A stretch of DNA of 64,000 nucleotides from Camelus ferus (lineage: Eukaryota), in assembly GCF_009834535.1 (NCBI RefSeq), contig NC_045700.1, positions 48,856,001 to 48,920,000 of the forward strand, in the 5' to 3' direction. Numbering within the stretch: the stretch's first letter is position 1; every line of letters begins with the position of its first letter. Shown one piece after another: positions 58,670-64,000 of the stretch. Below the pieces are notes generated by a model that saw nothing but the letters and a program-made list of their open reading frames with translations, searched no databases and was not told the origin of the DNA. Both the position numbers and the translations under genes were made by a program.

Positions 58670-60501
58670 AACTAATGGCTGTCACATTTCTGTACTTTTT
58701 AAAAAATATCTTTGTAATATATTAGATTGCTTGTAGTTGTCTACAGTTCCATTGTTTTTAAAGAAGTAAAAAGTGTTAACAGATGAACAGAAAAGCTCTG
58801 GGGCATAACATGGTTACCTTAGTGTTTTTAACTGTATTAACATTCTATCTGGATAGATTGAATTAATCACAGTTAATTCTGTTGATGGGAATTGGGAAGT
58901 GGGATTAACTTGATTTAAAAAAAGGCCTGAATTTATTATATTATTGTCAAATAAATAGTATAAGTTTGAAGGCATCCCAGCCCCAAATTTCCTCTTGCAG
59001 GCATTTTTGAAAAATGGAAATATTTACATTAAAAATATTAACATTCTGTTAGAGAAAAGTGAAATGAAGACAAAATGCCTTAGAACTTTAATCTTAATAA
59101 AGCATATATTCATCATGATAGCTGTATATATATATATATTAATATAATAATGTAAAATCTAGATTAGAGATATGAAAATGACATGACAGAACAGTTTTAC
59201 AAGAAAAGTGATTTTATTAGGGCAAACAATAAGGCTATTAATGTCACACGTTAATATTTTATTTTAAATAATTGTGTGATTATCCTTTTAGTAACATATG
59301 AATTCTCTAGCACTTTTGTTTTATAACTTCATTCTTAAGAATTCCAGTCGCTTGTTTTCTTGCATTTCCCTTAATTGTGGTGATCTTAAACAGATCTTTA
59401 GTTTTAAATCTGCCAGTTGTTCTAATATAGAAGCATAAATATATTTTCTCCAGTTGGCTGTTTATTACAGAGACAGCTTGTTTGTGGGTACCATCAAGAC
59501 ATCTGCATTTTATTGGATTTAATTTTTAGTAATAAAGACCTCCCACATTACAGATTCTTTCCAACCCAAATTAGCCTGTGTGGGAAGCAAAGAACCGTCA
59601 GTCAGGGAGAAAAAGTGAATCCATATGGTGCAGATGATTCTGTTTCCCGGGCTATGATGAAGAAAGGGTTGAGTATAGACGGTTCCCCCAGCAGATCCTT
59701 GTTTTTTTCTCCAAAATGTGCTAGAACAGGATTGGTGTCAGTCCTAACCCAGTATCTTTTGGCCAGCCCAGTTCATACAGGTGCCATGCATCAAGTCATA
59801 GATGCCTAACTGAAATTTTTAGGGCGAATTCTCCTTTTTCTCTAATCTTGCTGCATTTCTCTTACATATGAGGCCAGTCCCTAGCCCTTGCCATTCTCTT
59901 CCATTTTGGGGCTCACCTCTGCCCTTTGGACTTGTTTTGTTTTTGCCAGTCCAGTCCTCAGTACTCTGTAAGGACTTTGGTTTGGGTTCCTACACAAGGT
60001 CTATAATCTAGTAACAGAAATTTAAAAAAAACTACTTGTGTCAAAAAGCAGTCAAGATATTCTATCTTCAGCTTTTTAAAGGTGATCAACCAAATTTGGC
60101 ATAGAACTTGAATAGATGATGGATCTTCTTCACTTTTACAAGTTGTAGATAATTCTCTGCTGTGTAGAGCACAGACAGGAACTTAAAGCTTTTCTTTCAA
60201 TTGAAACCAAAGTACCCGGAATAGTTCATTTCTTTTGGTCAATGTCATCCATGCGGTGAGGAGGAGGAATAGCATACACTTTACTATCAGTGTTACCTCC
60301 TTCAGGACGAGAGAAAAACTATTACCTCTGCTTCTTGGCAACTCTGAATCTCAGTCAGTGAGAAGATGCTGCTTCTTAAACACTGCTATGTTTATGTCCA
60401 CGTGAGTTTTTGGGTAAACTTAAATTTCATTTAACAAGTTTCCTAGTTGCAGAGAGTGATACAAGTATTGATGACTTATCCTTTAAAAACTTATTATCTA
60501 A

Positions 60502-60945
60502 TGTAGTGGGTAGAATTGTGTCCACCACCCCTCCAATAAGATAGGTNNNNNNNNNNNNNNNNNNNNNNNNNNNNNNNNNNNNNNNNNNNNNNNNNNNNNN
60601 NNNNNNNNNNNNNNNNNNNNNNNNNNNNNNNNNNNNNNNNNNNNNNNNNNNNNNNNNNNNNNNNNNNNNNNNNNNNNNNNNNNNNNNNNNNNNNNNACAT
60701 AGACACACAGGGAGAGTGTCACATGATGATGGAGGCAGAGATTTGAGTGATGTGTCTGTACACCAAAGAAAGCCAAGGATTGCAGGAAACCCTCCCAAAA
60801 CAACAAAGAGGCAGGGAAGAATTCTTCCCTGCAGCCTGGAGAGAAAGCATGGCGCTGTTGACACCTTGATTTCATACTTCTAGCCTCCACATTTTTGAGA
60901 GAATAAATTTCTATTGTTTTTAGCCACTCAGTTTGTGCTTACCTG
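60502..60945 (+). mobile_element. MaLR LTR (MLT1A-D-like) with an internal N-run
   Basis: TGTAGTGGGTAGAATTGTGTCC start; GATGGAGGCAGAGATT...AGCCAAGGATTGC...GACACCTTGATTTC...GAGAGAATAAATTTCTATTG. Confidence 0.9.
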
Positions 60946-61139
60946 GTATGAAAAAAATACACTAGTTAAGGAGGCAGAAATAATATAAACAATAAACTAT
61001 AATAGAGTTTTAGAGAGCAAAGGAAGCATAGAGAAAGGAGACAGCTTTCTAAATGTTATGGGTAATAATTCTTAGAACATCAGGTTTCTTTGCAAAAACT
61101 TAGTAAGTGACTGACTTTTTAATTTACTGTGTGATTCTA

Positions 61140-62381
61140 TTTTTTTAAATTGAGGTATGATTGACATATAACATTGTAATAGTTTCAGATGTACAGCATA
61201 ATGACTTGATATTTGTATATATTGTGAAATGATTACCGCAGTAAGTCTAGTTAACATCTGTCACTATACACAGTTCCAGAAATTTTTTTTCTTGTGATGT
61301 GAACTTTTAAGATTTACTCTCATAGCAACTTTTAAATATGCAATACAGTATTATTAACTATAGTCGCCCTGCTGTACATTATAGCCCAATGAATTATTTT
61401 ATAATTGGATGTTTGTACCTTTTGACTCCCTTTACCCATTTTACCCAGATCTTACACCCTGCCTCTGGCAACCACCAGTTTGTTTTCTGTATCTATGAGC
61501 TCTTTTCTATTTAATTTTTTTTTTAGATTTCACACATAAATGAGATCATACGGTATTTGTCTTCCTCTGACTTATTTAATTTAGCANNNNNNNNNNNNNN
61601 NNNNNNNNNNNNNNNNNNNNNNNNNNNNNNNNNNNNNNNNNNNNNNNNNNNNNNNNNNNNNNNNNNNNNNNNNNNNNNNNNNNNNNNNNNNNNNNNNNNN
61701 NNNNNNNNNNNNNNNNNNNNNNNNNNNNNNNNNNNNNNNNNNNNNNNNNNNNNNNNNCATGGGGGTGCATATATCCTTTTGAGTTAGTGTTTTGTTTTCT
61801 TCAAATAAATACCTACGAGTGGAATTGCTGGTATATGACACCAATTTACATTCTNNNNNNNNNNNNNNNNNNNNNNNNNNNNNNNNNNNNNNNNNNNNNN
61901 NNNNNNNNNNNNNNNNNNNNNNNNNNNNNNNNNNNNNNNNNNNNNNNNNNNNNNNNNNNNNNNNNNNNNNNNNNNNNNNNNNNNNNNNNNNNNNNNNNNN
62001 NNNNNNTTCATGTTGTCCATCTGTATATCTTCTTTGGAAAAAAGACTGTTTAAGTGGTCTGCCCATTTTTAAATTAATTTTTTTGATATTGAGTTGTATC
62101 AGTTCTTTATATATTATAGATATTAACCTCTTAACAGATATATGATTTGCAAATATTTTCCTCCATTCAGTATGTTTCCGTTTCATTTTGTTGATGATTT
62201 CCCTTGCTGGGCAGAAGCTTCTTCGGTTGATGTAAACCCATTTATTTATGTACGCTTTTGTTGCTTTTGCTTTTGTTATCAAATCCAAAAAAAATCATCA
62301 CCAACGCTGATGTGAAGTTGCTTATTGCTAATGTTTTCTCCTAGGAGATTTATGGTTTCAGGTCTTATATTCAAGTCTTTA
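61140..62381 (-). mobile_element. 5'-truncated L1 (3'UTR plus ORF2 C-terminal remnant) with two N-runs
   Basis: ORF track 61581-62288 gives KAKATKAYINKW...EIINKMKRKHTEWRKIFANHIS...LISIIYKELIQL (L1 ORF2 C-terminal region); poly-T 3' end near 61140. Confidence 0.93.
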
Positions 62382-62499
62382 GGGTGTAAGATAAACTACA
62401 GGGATGTATTGTACAACAAGAGGAATATAGCCAATATTTTGTGGAAACTGTAAATGGAGTGTAGCCTTTACAAATTGTATAAAAAATAAAATAAAAAAA
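62382..62499 (+). mobile_element. Short L1 3' end, opposite orientation to the adjacent L1
   Basis: GGGTGTAAGATAAACTACAGGGATGTATTGTACAACAAGAGGAATATAGCCAATATTTTG...AATTGTATAAAAAATAAAATAAAAAAA. Confidence 0.75.
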
Positions 62500-62614
62500 T
62501 GACCAACCTGTAGAATCAAAAGCAAATAAATTGTTAGAAATCACTAAAAAAAAAAAAAAAGTTACTTGCATACAAAATTCTCACTTACAAAGGAAACTAA
62601 AAATTTCTGGGCTA

Positions 62615-63420
62615 AGGCCGCCCGCCCCCTAGGCTGGAGCTCGGAGTCGGGAACCAATCTGCTTCCTCCCTCCTCCACCCCGGGGGCCCCCAGCAGCGGC
62701 GAGCCTGCGCCTGGAAGGCCGGGAGGAGGCAGGAGGCGGAGCGGGCGGAAGTGCTGGCGCGCCGCTGTCAGCTGCGCCGGAAGTTCTTGGAGGGGCCTGG
62801 AGGTAACCTTGGGGTCTTTGCCGCTGTCGCCGCTGCCGCCGCAGCCGCCGGAGTGGGCTTTGCGAGTCAGCGCCTCAGCCGGGCCAGACCTGTTAGGTGC
62901 CAGGAGCCGCCGGGGTTGCGCAGGAGTTCGCCGAGGATCGCGGTGAGCGGGAACCGCGGGCGCAGGGCCGCCCAGCCGACATGTCTCTAGTGGCAGAAGC
63001 CTTCGTTTCCCAGATCGCAGGTAGCGTGCGTGGCGGCGGACCCGGACGGAGGCGGGGGCGGCATGGGGCAGTCGTGGGGAGCAGCGTGGGCTTTAGAACC
63101 GCAGCTTTCCTCCAGACTTGAAGCATTAGACTCTGAACCCAGGCCTGGGGACGGAGGCGGCACTGACTGCCAGCCTCTTATGGTTGAGAAAACTGAGGGG
63201 AAGAAACTTGGCCAAGGTCACCACGCAGAGGCCGGAGTCCCATCTGTTTTTCTTGGGCAATGCTTTGTCTCTCTGCCCATTGGGTTCGAAGGTGATGGGG
63301 TGCGTGAAGGCCGTGGATTGGGATTGAGGTGGGGGGCGTGGTCACGGGGGCCGGGCCTACGCAGGCTTCAGGGTTAAGTGTGGGGACAGTCGCAGGTGTG
63401 GGACCTGAAGTTTAAGTTGA
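62615..63420. promoter_or_regulatory. MTX2 CpG island promoter
   Basis: Sharp GC/CpG-rich island, TATA-less; ETS/GABPA-type CGGAAGTG 62746-62753 and CCGGAAGT 62777-62784, and GC boxes at 62733-62747. Typical of nuclear-encoded mitochondrial genes. Confidence 0.9.
62981..63020 (+). CDS. MTX2: Metaxin-2, first coding exon (40 nt)
   Basis: gccgacATG then MSLVAEAFVSQIA + 1 nt, donor CAG|GTAGCG at 63021. Matches the metaxin-2 N-terminus and the conserved HOXD1-MTX2 synteny. Confidence 0.97.
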
Positions 63421-64000
63421 TTGTCACCAGTGAGTCGCTGTTGTCACTGAGGGGCCACAGAAGTTTCCGCTCCGTGCAACAATACTGCCATTTTCTAGGT
63501 CACTAGGATTCATTCATATACTTTTAAATCTCCATGAATTGTTGGAAACACCTTTGATTTGACGGACAGAACATGTCTGATGTAAATAGGTGTATAATAT
63601 ATTTTCTGTTTGAGGTTCTTAGTTACCGTAGTGAAAGAAATTGAGAAATATTGTTGAGAAAGTGAGACTAGACATAGCTATTGTAGGTGTGGGTTGATGA
63701 GTGATAATCTTTAAATGGATTTAAAGTAGTATTCCTAGTAGTATTTTCACTGAGTACAGTAAAAATTCAGTCACCAGGATAAATAGGTACATTTACAATA
63801 AGGTAGTATTTTTGCAATGGAAAAGTACCGAATGTGCCATAAAATTTGCCAAAATGTTTTTCATTGCATTTGTGTGAACATACTTTTTTTCCTTTTTTTC
63901 ACTTAAAACAAATACATTGTTTTCTAAAAGAGAGGGAAGCTCCCACTAGATTGCAATTTTCATGAAAGCAGGGATCATAATTGTTTTGTCTCCCATTGTA

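Noticed and set aside
59958-60340. Coding-looking minus-strand stretch (PEGGNTDSKVYAIPPP...; VPVCALHSRELSTTCKSEEDP...)
   Set aside because: Broken by stops and frameshifts, no ATG, no poly-A or TSD, and I do not recognise the protein. A stop-free run of about 70 codons is expected by chance. A BLASTX hit would reopen it as a pseudogene or transposase relic.
61581-62288. 235-aa minus-strand ORF as a gene
   Set aside because: Frameshifted L1 ORF2 remnant inflated by N-runs.
62566-63377. Several 77-126 aa ORFs across the MTX2 CpG island
   Set aside because: GC-rich artefacts; only 62981-63020 matches metaxin-2.
63943-63956. CTCF-like motif CCACTAGATTGCAA, and a similar weak match near 44036-44049
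   Set aside because: Mismatches in the core GGC segment; cannot be supported without a PWM scan or ChIP data.
1-64000. CRISPR arrays, rRNA, snRNA/7SK/Y RNA copies, processed pseudogenes
   Set aside because: None recognised by eye in this mammalian DNA; highly diverged copies could be missed without a covariance-model or BLAST search.

Overview
Mammalian genomic DNA, very probably a camelid (camel, llama or alpaca). This is inferred from seven copies of a tRNA-Ala(AGC)-derived SINE matching the camelid Vic-1 type. The window spans the 3' (telomeric) edge of the HOXD cluster. It contains the HOXD1 CpG island and promoter, both HOXD1 exons (3882-4527, and about 4887-5221 with most of the homeobox hidden by an N-run) and the HOXD1 3'UTR. 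About 57 kb of non-coding, repeat-rich DNA follows (L1, L2, MIR, MLT1 and other LTRs, hAT elements), and then the CpG-island promoter and first coding exon of MTX2 (62981-63020). I found no other protein-coding gene; the remaining ORFs are GC-rich shadows, L1 remnants or chance. I did not find a convincing new multi-gene system. The best leads are regulatory: (1) an 8-codon upstream ORF with an optimal Kozak context in the HOXD1 leader, in frame with HOXD1; (2) a tandem AGTA-AGTA at the HOXD1 splice donor, the site of the sheep four-horn deletion; (3) nine N-runs that look like length-preserving masks of conserved sequence, so those in unique DNA may mark hidden conserved elements; (4) a candidate unannotated exon next to a young L1 insertion; (5) perfect DR3 and DR4 nuclear-receptor repeats, with no DR5 RARE seen. 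Repeat family names come from recalled consensus features, not a database search, and their boundaries are approximate unless target-site duplications (TSDs) are given.
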